Source of the DNA: Terriglobales bacterium | GTDB lineage: Bacteria > Acidobacteriota > Terriglobia > Terriglobales > Acidobacteriaceae | Length of the DNA: 64,000 bases | NCBI GenBank assembly: GCA_035487355.1 | Contig: DATHMF010000106.1 | Location: forward strand, 37,173 to 101,172 | Direction of reading: 5' to 3' | Shown here: positions 40,972 through 50,580 of the stretch, piece by piece | Numbering within the stretch: position 1 is the first letter of the stretch | Layout of the letters: each line of letters starts with the position of its first letter | Program-made: the position numbers and the translations under genes | Notes under the pieces: model-generated | Told to the model about the DNA's origin: nothing | What the model saw: the letters and a program-made list of their open reading frames with translations, nothing else | Database searches by the model: none

Positions 40972-41861
40972 GCTTGATTTTTTGCCCAGGAGATTCGGTA
41001 AAGATGTCCTGTTTTTTGGTCAAGCACCAACAGTCCGTCTGGTGCCATCCGCAGCGTTCCGCCCAGGCCAATCACCAGGGGGAAAGCCACTCCCCCGCGC
41101 AGCTGATAGACCATGTTCTGTGACGCAAAGAAAGTGTCATCTCCCTGGGTGGCAAGACCAACAATCCGGTCATTGGCTTCGGGAAGATCGAGCAGCATGA
41201 GAGGACGCGCGGCTCCCGCCTGGAGAAACAATGAACTATCCACAGCGAAGAAATGCCTTTGCGGGCTGCCGGCCGCCGTCTCTACGCCCTCGGTAGGACC
41301 GAGCAGTGGCTCCAGCGTTCCTTCTTCAGGGACGAGGGAGTAAAGGCTGCTCTCTCCATTGCTCGTCAGTAAAAGCTGCTCCTCGTCTTCGCTGGGCAAA
41401 ATCCTGCTGACTGGCACAGGCAGAGGGCCCACATCGTGAAGGGTGTCATCGGCCCAAAAGGCCAGGTGCCCTTCCGTTGTCTGCACGGCCAGGGCCCCTT
41501 TCACGAAAGTGAAAGACTGTACATCGTCAGCCAGTTTTTCGCCGTTGCTGGGATCGTAGAGCGCGTTGCCAGTGCGAACCACTATGTTCCCATCCCGGGA
41601 AACATCAAAATCCTGGATCTCCGTTGAAGGCAGGCTGCCGCTCCAGGGGTAAACAGCGACCGTGACTCCGGGAGCAGTGGTAAATGATGCCTCCTCTCCG
41701 TAATTTTTCTGCTGCTGCTGATTGTGGCTCCAGACCAGCCAGGTGGTCCCTCCCACTACGATCGCGATGCCGATGCTCCAGGCAGAAATTTTCATCAGCA
41801 GGCGGAGGGGCTTTGCGATTTCCGGCGGCGGCGGCGTGAGATCTGGAGCAGCAGAGGCCAT
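40968..41861 (-). CDS. Single-pass membrane-anchored protein with a beta-rich extracytoplasmic domain, unknown function
   Basis: The N-terminal anchor is LLMKISAWSIGIAIVVGGTTWLVW. A 250-aa region of short beta-like segments follows (GNIVVRTGNALYD, GALAVQTTEGHLAFWAD, SSLYSLVPEEG, QNMVYQLRGG, GHLYRISW). It starts 2 nt after the upstream stop. Confidence 0.6.
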   Translation of the reverse strand: MASAAPDLTPPPPEIAKPLRLLMKISAWSIGIAIVVGGTTWLVWSHNQQQQKNYGEEASFTTAPGVTVAVYPWSGSLPSTEIQDFDVSRDGNIVVRTGNALYDPSNGEKLADDVQSFTFVKGALAVQTTEGHLAFWADDTLHDVGPLPVPVSRILPSEDEEQLLLTSNGESSLYSLVPEEGTLEPLLGPTEGVETAAGSPQRHFFAVDSSLFLQAGAARPLMLLDLPEANDRIVGLATQGDDTFFASQNMVYQLRGGVAFPLVIGLGGTLRMAPDGLLVLDQKTGHLYRISWAKNQA

Positions 41862-41863
41862 GG

Positions 41864-43234
41864 TCAGTGGCTTTCCGCCTTTCTGTCCAGGGCTTTTTTT
41901 CTCTGCTCCTGGACGCCTTCTGCGCTTCCTTTAAGCAGCAGTTCCGTGCCTTTGTTTGCTCCCGCTTCAATATCAATGGAGATGGCCTTCTTGAAAACCT
42001 GGTAACCGGCCTTACCGATGGTCTGTTTATCTGCGACTGAAAGATGGCGCATGATGTCGCCTGCAATGTGCTCCACTTTTTGCGAGGCGTAATGCCCCGC
42101 GGTAGCGGCCAGTCCCTCCAGCAGCGTGTTCTCGCTGCTCACCGCTTGCCATGTGAACTCGGCCTGTCCTATAGGCATGTCATTCCCGGTCTCCTGCTCC
42201 ATGTGCCGCAAGGCGTCGTAGGAAGGATCTCCGGGTTGGAGGTGGCCCTGTTCCTTGAGCCGCTTCAGCGCAAGCGCGTAATCCCCGATTAAAAGAATGT
42301 TGCGGCTGATCTCTTTGGTGCGCTCATCCACGCCCGCAGTGATAACGTCGGCCGCCGTCATGGCGATGCCGGGAGCTTCTGTGCTGACGACGAATTTCTT
42401 GAAGGCGCCGGCGGCAAATTCCTGCCCCAGACCTTTGAATGCCTTGTTTGGGTCTTGCTGGTTCCCTGGCCCGGGTTTTGTTCCGCTGACAGGAATGATT
42501 TGTGCTAAAACCTTCGCGCGCGTAGCCGCTTCTTCACATTTGCTGGTAAAAGTTGCCTGGTCCTGCTCCAGATTGGTTCTTGTTTCTTCCAGCACTGTGC
42601 GCCGGGAAGCCAGTGGACCTACTTCATCATCAAGAGCGGATTTTTCTTCATCCAGCTCCTTGTATCGTTTTTCTATTTTGTTCTGACGTTCTTCGAGCTG
42701 GCGCGCTTCTGCATCCAGTTGGTTCTTCTCAGCATTGTAAGCCGCGCAGACGCCAGGGTTATCCGGGGGATAAACACATTGGTTTGCCTGGTGCCTCCCA
42801 AATCGCTCGTTGAAATCCACAATTTGCTTTTGCAGGCTTTCGTTCTCTTCGTTCAGATCTTTGTATTTACCCTCGAGAGTATCCTGGCGGGTTTTTAGCC
42901 AATTCTCCGAATGGGAGAGCAGATCTTCGTCTCCTTGAAGCGCCACGGCGCGGGAATCGAGCTTGCTGCTCTCGTCGCTCAGCTCCTCCGACTGCTTGGT
43001 CAAGGCCCTGAGTTCCTCCCCTATTTCCGGAGGCAAATTGTCAACCGTCCACCCATCTCCGAACTTCTGCGGAAGCAGGGCTTTGGCATTTTCGAATTCC
43101 GTGGAAAAATTTTGAAAGCACTCTCCTGCCGTTGAAGTATCTGCGGCGCAAAGCGGGAGAAGACATCCTGCCAGCCCCAACAGGAGAAGCAATTTCGTAA
43201 TTCGCAGGCAGATCATGAGGAGAACCCTTGTCAT
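41864..43234 (-). CDS. Secreted/lipoprotein-like coiled-coil protein, unknown function (first gene of the operon)
   Basis: The hydrophobic N-terminus has a lipobox-like LAGC. A long Glu/Lys/Gln-rich coiled coil (EELSDESSKLD...NEENESLQKQIVDFNER...QLEERQNKIEKRYKELDEEKSALDDE) is followed by a 200-aa globular C-terminal region. Confidence 0.6.
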   Translation of the reverse strand: MTRVLLMICLRITKLLLLLGLAGCLLPLCAADTSTAGECFQNFSTEFENAKALLPQKFGDGWTVDNLPPEIGEELRALTKQSEELSDESSKLDSRAVALQGDEDLLSHSENWLKTRQDTLEGKYKDLNEENESLQKQIVDFNERFGRHQANQCVYPPDNPGVCAAYNAEKNQLDAEARQLEERQNKIEKRYKELDEEKSALDDEVGPLASRRTVLEETRTNLEQDQATFTSKCEEAATRAKVLAQIIPVSGTKPGPGNQQDPNKAFKGLGQEFAAGAFKKFVVSTEAPGIAMTAADVITAGVDERTKEISRNILLIGDYALALKRLKEQGHLQPGDPSYDALRHMEQETGNDMPIGQAEFTWQAVSSENTLLEGLAATAGHYASQKVEHIAGDIMRHLSVADKQTIGKAGYQVFKKAISIDIEAGANKGTELLLKGSAEGVQEQRKKALDRKAESH

Positions 43235-43468
43235 GATGACGGGGCACGGGCCTCGCCAATTCTGGTCTAGCTGCCCGGCTTGGGCCTTTGACTCCCAAGT
43301 CCGAGACTACGAAAACTTATGGAAAACGAGAAAAGAGTGGACGCAGTTTATGTCCAAGACCACGCCATGTCAAGCACACCAAAAAATTACCCAAATTATT
43401 GGATTCTAGAGCTGGACCGGTTTAGGAATTTCCCATTGTGGTAAACAATAATCTTTGTCTCCAAACCT

Positions 43469-43996
43469 TTACTGCGACTCTGATGCAGAATCGGATTTCC
43501 GAAGAGCAGGTGATATCTCTTCTTTCACGATGCGGGCTTCTTCCCGAAGGGTAACAACCGCAAGCCGGGTCTCCTGCACCAGCAAGACTGAGCCTGTGGA
43601 TAATCCAACGAATCCAACGATGCCTGCGCCCAAACTGAAGAAAGCAATCAACTGAAAAGGAAGGCCGTGACTCGTCGAAGCCAGGCTTGCACCAAAAACT
43701 GCAACCAGACTCGCAGCGGCAAATGCGCCCACTGCCATATAAAAGAATGTCATGCCACGCACCAGCCTGTCGGCCCGCTTTTCCAGGCGGCCCAACTGGC
43801 GCAAATACATCTCGTTCAAGGGTGTGTCGGTGGAATCTTTACGCAACTCGTCGGCGAGCTGCCGGGTGCGGTCAACCACACGCGCCAGACGATTACCAGT
43901 ACCCAACGCAAGCACCGAAGCCGCGTTGGTAAACACCGCCGGAGCTGCAATGAAAGTGAGGATGGCCAGCGGGCTGTCGCTGATGGGAGTAACCAT
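43469..43996 (-). CDS. DUF2721 family membrane protein
   Basis: AILTFIAAPAVFTNAASVLALGTGNRLARVVDRTRQL, followed by two further TM helices, fits DUF2721. Confidence 0.75.
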   Translation of the reverse strand: MVTPISDSPLAILTFIAAPAVFTNAASVLALGTGNRLARVVDRTRQLADELRKDSTDTPLNEMYLRQLGRLEKRADRLVRGMTFFYMAVGAFAAASLVAVFGASLASTSHGLPFQLIAFFSLGAGIVGFVGLSTGSVLLVQETRLAVVTLREEARIVKEEISPALRKSDSASESQ

Positions 43997-44147
43997 GGGT
44001 GCTTATTTTACGCTGAGCAACCGAATCCATGCATGGTGCTTTCTGATCAACCGAACTGCGCAGAGCCAATGGTATTTCGCGTTGCGAAACAAAACCTTCG
44101 CGCGCTCTTTTGCCCTGTAATCTTTATGGTGTTAAGATTCGCAAGCC

Positions 44148-45950
44148 ATGATACCCAATTTCCGCACATTGCTCTGCGTTATTATGTTTTCTATCGTAAG
44201 CTGGGCGCAAAGTCCGGCGCCGCTTGTTCAAAACATCTTTCATCGCAACACCGTCTCGCTGAACGGCGACTGGCACTACATCGTTGATTCGCACGATATA
44301 GGTGTAGGCCGGCACTACTATCTCAACGCCCGACCCGGAACATCTACCGCTGTGGTGGAATACGATTTCGCTGTTTCCCCGACTTTGCAAGTCCCCGGCG
44401 ACTGGAATTCGCAACACCCCGAGCTGCTCTTGTACGAGGGCACGGTGTGGTATGAAAAATCTTTTGTTTACCATCCCCAGCCTAATCGCAGCACGTTGCT
44501 CTATATCGGCGCGGCCAACTATCGCGCCCACGTCTGGATCAACGGCCAATCTCTTTGTGAACACGAAGGCGGCTTCACTCCCTTTAATTGCGATGCCACG
44601 CCGTTGCTCAAAGACGGTGAGAATGTCGCGATCATCTCGGTCAACGATACCCGCCATACCGATGATGTCCCGGCGCTGGCTCCCGACTGGTGGAATTATG
44701 GCGGCATCACCCGTGATGTGATGCTGGTCGAAGTGCCGCAGACGTTCATTACCGACTATGCAGTCCAGTTGGAGCGCGGCAGCACAAACCACATCGCAGG
44801 ATGGGTCCGCATTGCAGGTGCGCCGGCATCGCAGAAAATTACGGTCCGCATTCCCGAATTGGACCTAACACAAACTGCAACTGCAGGCGATGACGGTATC
44901 GCGCACCTCGCCTTCGATGCTCCCAAACTGCAGCTTTGGTCTCCCGAGAACCCGAAGCTCTACAAAGTTGAGATTGCCTCTGATGCCGACCGCGTCAGTG
45001 ACGAGATCGGCTTCCGCAGTATCGAAGTTCGCGGCACCGAGATTCTGCTCAACGGCCATCCCATATTTCTGCGCGGCATTGATACACACGAAGAAGCGCC
45101 GAACCGATCCGGCCGCGCCCACGGCGATGACGACGCGCAAATCATGCTGGGTTGGGTGCGCGACCTGGGCTGCAACTTTGTGCGTCTGGCACACTACCCC
45201 TACGACGAGCACATCATCCGCATGGCCGATCGCCTCGGATTTATGCTGTGGGAAGAGGTCCCGGTCTACCAGACCATTGATTGGAGCACCCCCGCCGTCC
45301 TCAATAAAGCCAAACAACAGCTCACCGAGCTAATTACCCGCGACCGCAACCGCGGCGCCGTGATCATGTGGTCGGTGACCAATGAATCGCGGGCAACGCC
45401 CGAGCGCAATGCCTTTGTCCGCGAACTAATTAAGACCGCGCGTTCGCTCGATTCCACTCGGCTGGTCACTGCCGCCACGAATCAATTCACCCGGCCCGAT
45501 CCCCACACCCTCGTGCTGAACGATCCTATCGTTGACGATCTCGATGTCTGGGGCATCAATGAGTATGTTGGCTGGTATTACGGTGTGCCTGCAGACCTCG
45601 ACACCATGAAATGGTCTGTGCCTGACAACAAGCCTATGATCGTCAGCGAATTTGGCGGCGAAGCCAAGCAAAGCATGCACGGCCCGATTGACCAACGCTG
45701 GGCAGAGGAGAACCAGGAAGAAATTTATAAGCACCAGATCACCGCGCTGCAAAAGATTCCGTTTCTGCGTGGCATGACGCCGTGGGTGCTCAAGGACTTC
45801 CGCTCGCCGAACCGCCAACTGCCGGTCTTGCAGGACGGATACAACCGCAAAGGGCTTATCTCCGACAGCGGCCAGCGCAAGAAAGCGTTCTACGTGCTGC
45901 AGCAGTTCTACCAGGGCATGGCCGCACAAGCTGCATCTGTCGGGAAGTAG
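44148..45950 (+). CDS. Glycoside hydrolase family 2 (beta-glucuronidase/beta-galactosidase-like)
   Basis: The sugar-binding domain shows WYEKSF...ANYRAHVWINGQSLCEHEGGFTPF. The TIM barrel shows GCNFVRLAHYPYDEH and MWSVTNES (acid/base region). Signal-like N-terminus. Confidence 0.85.
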   Translation: MIPNFRTLLCVIMFSIVSWAQSPAPLVQNIFHRNTVSLNGDWHYIVDSHDIGVGRHYYLNARPGTSTAVVEYDFAVSPTLQVPGDWNSQHPELLLYEGTVWYEKSFVYHPQPNRSTLLYIGAANYRAHVWINGQSLCEHEGGFTPFNCDATPLLKDGENVAIISVNDTRHTDDVPALAPDWWNYGGITRDVMLVEVPQTFITDYAVQLERGSTNHIAGWVRIAGAPASQKITVRIPELDLTQTATAGDDGIAHLAFDAPKLQLWSPENPKLYKVEIASDADRVSDEIGFRSIEVRGTEILLNGHPIFLRGIDTHEEAPNRSGRAHGDDDAQIMLGWVRDLGCNFVRLAHYPYDEHIIRMADRLGFMLWEEVPVYQTIDWSTPAVLNKAKQQLTELITRDRNRGAVIMWSVTNESRATPERNAFVRELIKTARSLDSTRLVTAATNQFTRPDPHTLVLNDPIVDDLDVWGINEYVGWYYGVPADLDTMKWSVPDNKPMIVSEFGGEAKQSMHGPIDQRWAEENQEEIYKHQITALQKIPFLRGMTPWVLKDFRSPNRQLPVLQDGYNRKGLISDSGQRKKAFYVLQQFYQGMAAQAASVGK

Positions 45951-45956
45951 TTCTCC

Positions 45957-46634
45957 ATGGCAGCTTCAGAAACTGAGGAGATCTTCACCCAGATCTATCG
46001 CACGAATGCCTGGCGTGATGCTGAATCCCGCTCCGGACCGGGATCTACTGTCTTTCGTACTCGTCTGTTGCGCCCTCGGCTGACCGAACTGGTGCACAAA
46101 TTGGGAATACGCTCGCTGTTGGATGTGCCCTGCGGTGATTTCAACTGGATGCGCCTGACGGAGCTGTCTTCGGTTGAATACATCGGTGCCGACATTGTTC
46201 CCGATTTGATAAGCATGAATAATTCATTGCATGCGCGACCGGGCCGCAGCTTCATTCAACTCGATATGATTCGCGGGCCTCTGCCCAAGGTGGATTTGAT
46301 CCTGTGCCGCGACGGCATCGTCCACTTATCTTTTGCCGATATCGCTGTGGCGCTGTGCACGATTCGGCAAAGTGCCTCGAACTATCTTCTGATCACTACG
46401 TTTACCGCTCACGGCGGCAATGATGACGCCCCCACAGGAGGCTGGCGGCCATTGAATCTGGATATCGCGCCCTTTAGCTTTCCCGCTCCCTTGCTCACTC
46501 TCGCCGATGGACCGCGCCCGGATGGCACATATCCCGACAAAATACTGGCTCTTTACCGCATCGCCGATCTGCCCGACCGAACTTGCGTCATGCAATCACA
46601 TTCAGGGGAAAAAGCGTCAGGAGCAACGACATAA
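45957..46634 (+). CDS. Class I SAM-dependent methyltransferase
   Basis: The motif-I-like segment is SLLDVPCGDFNWM, followed by YIGADIV and LILCRDGIVHL. It starts 6 nt after the GH2 stop. Confidence 0.7.
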   Translation: MAASETEEIFTQIYRTNAWRDAESRSGPGSTVFRTRLLRPRLTELVHKLGIRSLLDVPCGDFNWMRLTELSSVEYIGADIVPDLISMNNSLHARPGRSFIQLDMIRGPLPKVDLILCRDGIVHLSFADIAVALCTIRQSASNYLLITTFTAHGGNDDAPTGGWRPLNLDIAPFSFPAPLLTLADGPRPDGTYPDKILALYRIADLPDRTCVMQSHSGEKASGATT

Positions 46635-46653
46635 CCAGCAAAGGTCGCACATT

Positions 46654-47274
46654 TTACGTTCGTGCTTCTGGTACTGCGCGCTCACTCGCCTCTGCCGTGA
46701 ACATGCTAGCGGGAGAGAAGCCTAAAGGTCCCGCCAGCAGCCTGCTGGGGAATGTTGCCTGCGCTGTGTTGTACTGCCGCACCGACTCGTTGTAGAACTG
46801 CCGAGCATAGGCGATGCGGTTCTCGGTTGAGCTGAGTTGCTCCTGCAGCAATTGGAAGTTCTGTGCCGCACGCAAGTCAGGATATTTCTCGCTGCGAACC
46901 AGCAGATTGCCGATAGCACTGGTCAGCAACATTTCGGCGGGGATGCGCGCGCCGGGATCTGTGCCCGAAGCCATAACTTGAGAGCGGGCGCGGGTCACAT
47001 CTTCAAGGGTCTCGCGCTCATGCTGCATGTAGCCGCGCACTGCCTCGACCAGATTGGGAACCAGATCGTGACGGCGCTTGAGCTGAATACCAATATCTGA
47101 CCAGGCATTCTGCACCCGGTTGCGCATTCTCACCAGGCGGTTGTAGACGATGATTGGGACAAACAACACCAGCGCCGCATCCAGAACAGCGAAGACAAGA
47201 ATTAGATAGCCGATCTCTGTGTTCCCCCAACGCTTTGAGTTCGCTCCTACGAGCTGAATGCTCTCATCATCCAT
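46654..47274 (-). CDS. LemA family protein
   Basis: An N-terminal TM helix is followed by YNRLVRMRNRVQNAWSDIGIQLKRRHDLVPNLVEAVRGYMQHERETLEDVTRAR, the canonical LemA core. The start at 47274 overlaps the upstream stop by 8 nt. Confidence 0.88.
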   Translation of the reverse strand: MDDESIQLVGANSKRWGNTEIGYLILVFAVLDAALVLFVPIIVYNRLVRMRNRVQNAWSDIGIQLKRRHDLVPNLVEAVRGYMQHERETLEDVTRARSQVMASGTDPGARIPAEMLLTSAIGNLLVRSEKYPDLRAAQNFQLLQEQLSSTENRIAYARQFYNESVRQYNTAQATFPSRLLAGPLGFSPASMFTAEASERAVPEART

Positions 47275-49132
47275 GCCAAAGAAGCCAATGGATCGCGGCC
47301 AGCCAGAGCGCAACCAAAACCAGGTTCAGCCCGACCATCATGGCGATGACCACCAGCATCATCGCTGCTGCGGCCAGCAACAGAGGTCCAACAATCAGCC
47401 ATAACACGACCATTACGGTGATCGCAGTTTTCGATGTTTTGACGTGGGCCTCGGGGCTGTAGCCCGCTCCCATGCGCTCCAGGCGTTTCAAGCGGCGCTT
47501 CAGCGGCGGATGAAACGACAAGAAGCTTTGCGCCTGCAGGCCGCTTGTCCCATGTTTGGTTTCATTGCGCTGCACTTCACTTTCCTGGGCGTTGAGCACC
47601 CGCAATCGCGCGATGGCGGCCTTATCACCCTGGCGCGCTGCGGCAATATCGGCGACATCTGGCATGTTGGCGGTCACCTGTCCGCCTCTCGCCATGGCCA
47701 TGGCGCGTCCGAAGGTGACCAGCCGGCCCATGGCCAGCGTGTCACCGCGCATCGCGGCGCGGCGTGTAGCTTCTACTTCTGTGCGTAACCGCTCGTAGTC
47801 AGCCGGAGCGGTGCCGGCCGAGGCTGCATCGCCGCTTTCCGTCCATGCGCGAGCGGCTACTTTCATCGCCTCCGGCCCGGGTTGTGCTGTCGCGAGGCTG
47901 GTATCGCCCTTGGGTTCAACTGCAAATAGATGCGTCGCCCAGGCGCCTCCTGGGACTGCCGTCGTATCCTGGCTCAAGCACTGCAGGGCGCGCGCCAGGG
48001 CATCGGGATTGCGCATCAGCGCCACGGCGCTGGCGTCGGCAAGATATCTTCGCGTACGCCACAGCATGGCCATGCACGGGCCCAGCAGCACCGTGAGAAA
48101 AAACCACAACGTAATCTCGACCGCGGCATTGGTAAAAAAAACGGGGAGGAAAACGAAGCTCAGGATGCTGCGCAACACCGACTTCTTGTTTTGCAGTCTG
48201 TCGAAGAAACGATCAATGTTGTGCGAACCGGTGTCCAGGCTTCCGGTAAGCAGCGCGGCCACAGCTTCTGCCTCGGCAACTCTGGCCGTATCGTTCGAGG
48301 ACCTGATGAATCCATAGCGCAGGATTCGCCACAGCGTTCCCCGCGACTGCCGTCCAAAAGGAGCGTTGATCAGCGTCACCAGCAGTCCGCAGGTTTCAAA
48401 GACGCTGGTCACGGTGAAGGCGATGCGCAAGTCGCCGTTACCGATGGAACCAATAAGATGCGCCAGCAGAGCTTCCAGCTCGTCGCGGCTCAGGTCATCG
48501 AGCAGCCGCCGCGAGACCACGATCTGCGCATCCTGGGGTGAGGTGCCGAAGGCGGCAGCGTTGGCTCCGGCCGAATCCACAAGCATCACGTGCGGTGTAG
48601 GCAGGCCGGCGGCAATGGACATCTCTTCCACTACGTTGACCATCTGCACCTCTTTGAGGTCGTTGGCGTTGGGCTCGCGCGCCTTGAGGCTGGCCAGCGT
48701 GCCACCCACACCGCCGCGACGAAAGAGCGCCTGCACTCCCAGCCACAGCACAAAGGTGATGATCATCCCCGGCGCCAGCATCACCACCAGGCCGATGGCC
48801 AGGGATTGCTGGTCCAGGGTTCCGCGGTGGTTGATGAAGTAATCAGCGACGTTAAAAACCAGATGAGCCAGGCCATTCATATTGGCCCAGAATGCCGGGG
48901 GAAGCGGCGAGAAGTAGTTATTAATGATGTCAGCAATGATTAGAGTGACGGCGTAGAACAGGGGGGTCAGCACCAGCGTGAGCGGGATACCCATGATCAG
49001 GGCCGCCACGAAACACAAAACCGACATCCGCCACGTAGCGGTGCGGTTGCGCTTTTGCGCCTTATTAAAGGTCTCGCGGTCGCTCGGCCCAATCTGACGC
49101 GCGTCGCCCGCCGCCTCGGGTGCAGAATTCAT
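47267..49132 (-). CDS. M48 (HtpX/Ste24)-like integral membrane protein with a degenerate active site (predicted pseudo-protease)
   Basis: M48 architecture: MSIAAGLPTPHVMLVDSAGANAAAFG...VVSRRLLDDLSRDELEALLAHLIGSIGNGDL, then TM helices, then RRYLADASAVALMRNPDALARALQCL. HExxH is replaced by HLIGS (48446-48460), and the third-ligand Glu context REY.AD reads RRYLAD. I place the start at MNSAPE (49132); the ORF is open to 49294. Confidence 0.7.
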   Translation of the reverse strand: MNSAPEAAGDARQIGPSDRETFNKAQKRNRTATWRMSVLCFVAALIMGIPLTLVLTPLFYAVTLIIADIINNYFSPLPPAFWANMNGLAHLVFNVADYFINHRGTLDQQSLAIGLVVMLAPGMIITFVLWLGVQALFRRGGVGGTLASLKAREPNANDLKEVQMVNVVEEMSIAAGLPTPHVMLVDSAGANAAAFGTSPQDAQIVVSRRLLDDLSRDELEALLAHLIGSIGNGDLRIAFTVTSVFETCGLLVTLINAPFGRQSRGTLWRILRYGFIRSSNDTARVAEAEAVAALLTGSLDTGSHNIDRFFDRLQNKKSVLRSILSFVFLPVFFTNAAVEITLWFFLTVLLGPCMAMLWRTRRYLADASAVALMRNPDALARALQCLSQDTTAVPGGAWATHLFAVEPKGDTSLATAQPGPEAMKVAARAWTESGDAASAGTAPADYERLRTEVEATRRAAMRGDTLAMGRLVTFGRAMAMARGGQVTANMPDVADIAAARQGDKAAIARLRVLNAQESEVQRNETKHGTSGLQAQSFLSFHPPLKRRLKRLERMGAGYSPEAHVKTSKTAITVMVVLWLIVGPLLLAAAAMMLVVIAMMVGLNLVLVALWLAAIHWLLWHG

Positions 49133-49385
49133 GTGCGAGGAGCTTAGCACCTGGGTTGGAAAGAGGACAAGATTACTTGAACCACACCGTACAAGTTCTA
49201 TGCAGCCGAAAGGCACTCCCCCCTGCCCCCCATTACTTCGAGTAGTCCATGGCGGGTTAAAAGACAGCTCCAAGCTCCCAGTTCCCAGCTCCAAGAAAGG
49301 CCGCTCAGCATGACAAACTAAGTCGCAAAACGTTTACCCCCGCTTTTGCTAAACTTATCGGTCGCGCCACTCGCCTGGACCAACT

Positions 49386-50426
49386 ATGTCTGCCCCTGAC
49401 TCCCGCTTTCTACGTGCCTGCAAGCAGCTCTCTGTGGATGCAACCCCCATCTGGCTGATGCGGCAGGCGGGGCGCTACATGGCTGAGTACCGTGCGGTGC
49501 GCAAGCGGCACTCGCTGCTTGAGATCTGCAAGGACCCGGCGCTGGCGGCCGAGGTTACCATCACCGCTGCGGAAAAACTCGGAGTTGACGCCGCGATCAT
49601 CTTTGCCGATCTGCTGCTGCCGCTTGAGGTCATGGGGCTCGATTTTCACTTCAGCGCAGGCGAAGGTCCAGTGATTTCCCAGCCCTTGCGCAGCGCTGAG
49701 GCCATCGCGCAACTGCGCACCGACCGGGCGGCTGACCTGGGTTATGTCGCCGATGCGGTGCGGGGCGTGGCCACGCACTTCGGAGCGCGGTTGCCGGTCA
49801 TCGGATTCTGCGGCGCTCCTTTCACTCTCGCCAGCTACATGATTGAGGGCGGCGGGTCGCGGCACTATATCCATACTAAGAAGATGATGTACTCTTCGCC
49901 CGCGGCGTGGAGTGAGCTCATGCGCAAGCTGGTGGCGGTGCTGAGCGAATACGCCGCCGAGCAGGCCAGGGCCGGGGCTGACGCGCTGCAGGTCTTTGAC
50001 AGTTGGGTGGGATGCCTGTCGCCGCAGGATTACCGCAAGTTTGTGCTGCCGCAGACTAAAATTCTGGTGCAGAATTTGCGGCGTACGGGCGTGCCGGTAA
50101 TTTATTTCGGCACCGACACAACCACGCTGCTTGAAGCCATGCAGGAGACCGGGGCCGACGTCATCGGCCTCGACTGGCGCATCCCATTAGATGAAGGCTG
50201 GCAGAAGCTGGGCCATCCGAGCGCGGTGCAGGGAAATTTGGATCCGGTCACGCTGTTTGCTGATTGGAAAACGGTGCGCGAAGGCGCGGAAGATATCCTG
50301 CGGCGGGCGAACGGGCGCGCCGGGCACATCTTTAATTTAGGCCACGGCATTCTGCCGGAAACGCCGGTGGAAAATGTGCGGGCCCTGGTTGAGTTTGTGC
50401 ATGAGCACTCGGCGAAGGAAGTTTAA
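49386..50426 (+). CDS. hemE: Uroporphyrinogen decarboxylase
   Basis: PIWLMRQAGRYMAEYR, IIFADLLLPLE and the C-terminal GHIFNLGHGI are canonical HemE motifs. Confidence 0.93.
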   Translation: MSAPDSRFLRACKQLSVDATPIWLMRQAGRYMAEYRAVRKRHSLLEICKDPALAAEVTITAAEKLGVDAAIIFADLLLPLEVMGLDFHFSAGEGPVISQPLRSAEAIAQLRTDRAADLGYVADAVRGVATHFGARLPVIGFCGAPFTLASYMIEGGGSRHYIHTKKMMYSSPAAWSELMRKLVAVLSEYAAEQARAGADALQVFDSWVGCLSPQDYRKFVLPQTKILVQNLRRTGVPVIYFGTDTTTLLEAMQETGADVIGLDWRIPLDEGWQKLGHPSAVQGNLDPVTLFADWKTVREGAEDILRRANGRAGHIFNLGHGILPETPVENVRALVEFVHEHSAKEV

Positions 50427-50565
50427 CCACAAAGGACACGAAGGAAAAGCGGGGAGTTAGTGTTAATTCGTGACCAGCAGCGGGAACTAAACCCGGCAAA
50501 ATCCGTGACAAATCTCCTTGTTTTTCCCTTTGTGTCCTTTGTGGTTAAACTTTTGTGGTTAAACT
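50423..50565. repeat. Inverted pair of ACCACAAAGGRCACRAAGGRAAAA repeat units, plus a partial third unit and a GATGAAC-family unit
   Basis: The left arm is TTAACCACAAAGGACACGAAGGAAAAG (50423-50449). The right arm is CTTGTTTTTCCCTTTGTGTCCTTTGTGGTTAA (50517-50548). A partial duplicate TTTTGTGGTTAAAC follows. The hemE TAA (50424-50426) lies in the left arm. Confidence 0.8.
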
Positions 50566-50580
50566 TTTTAGGAGACACCC

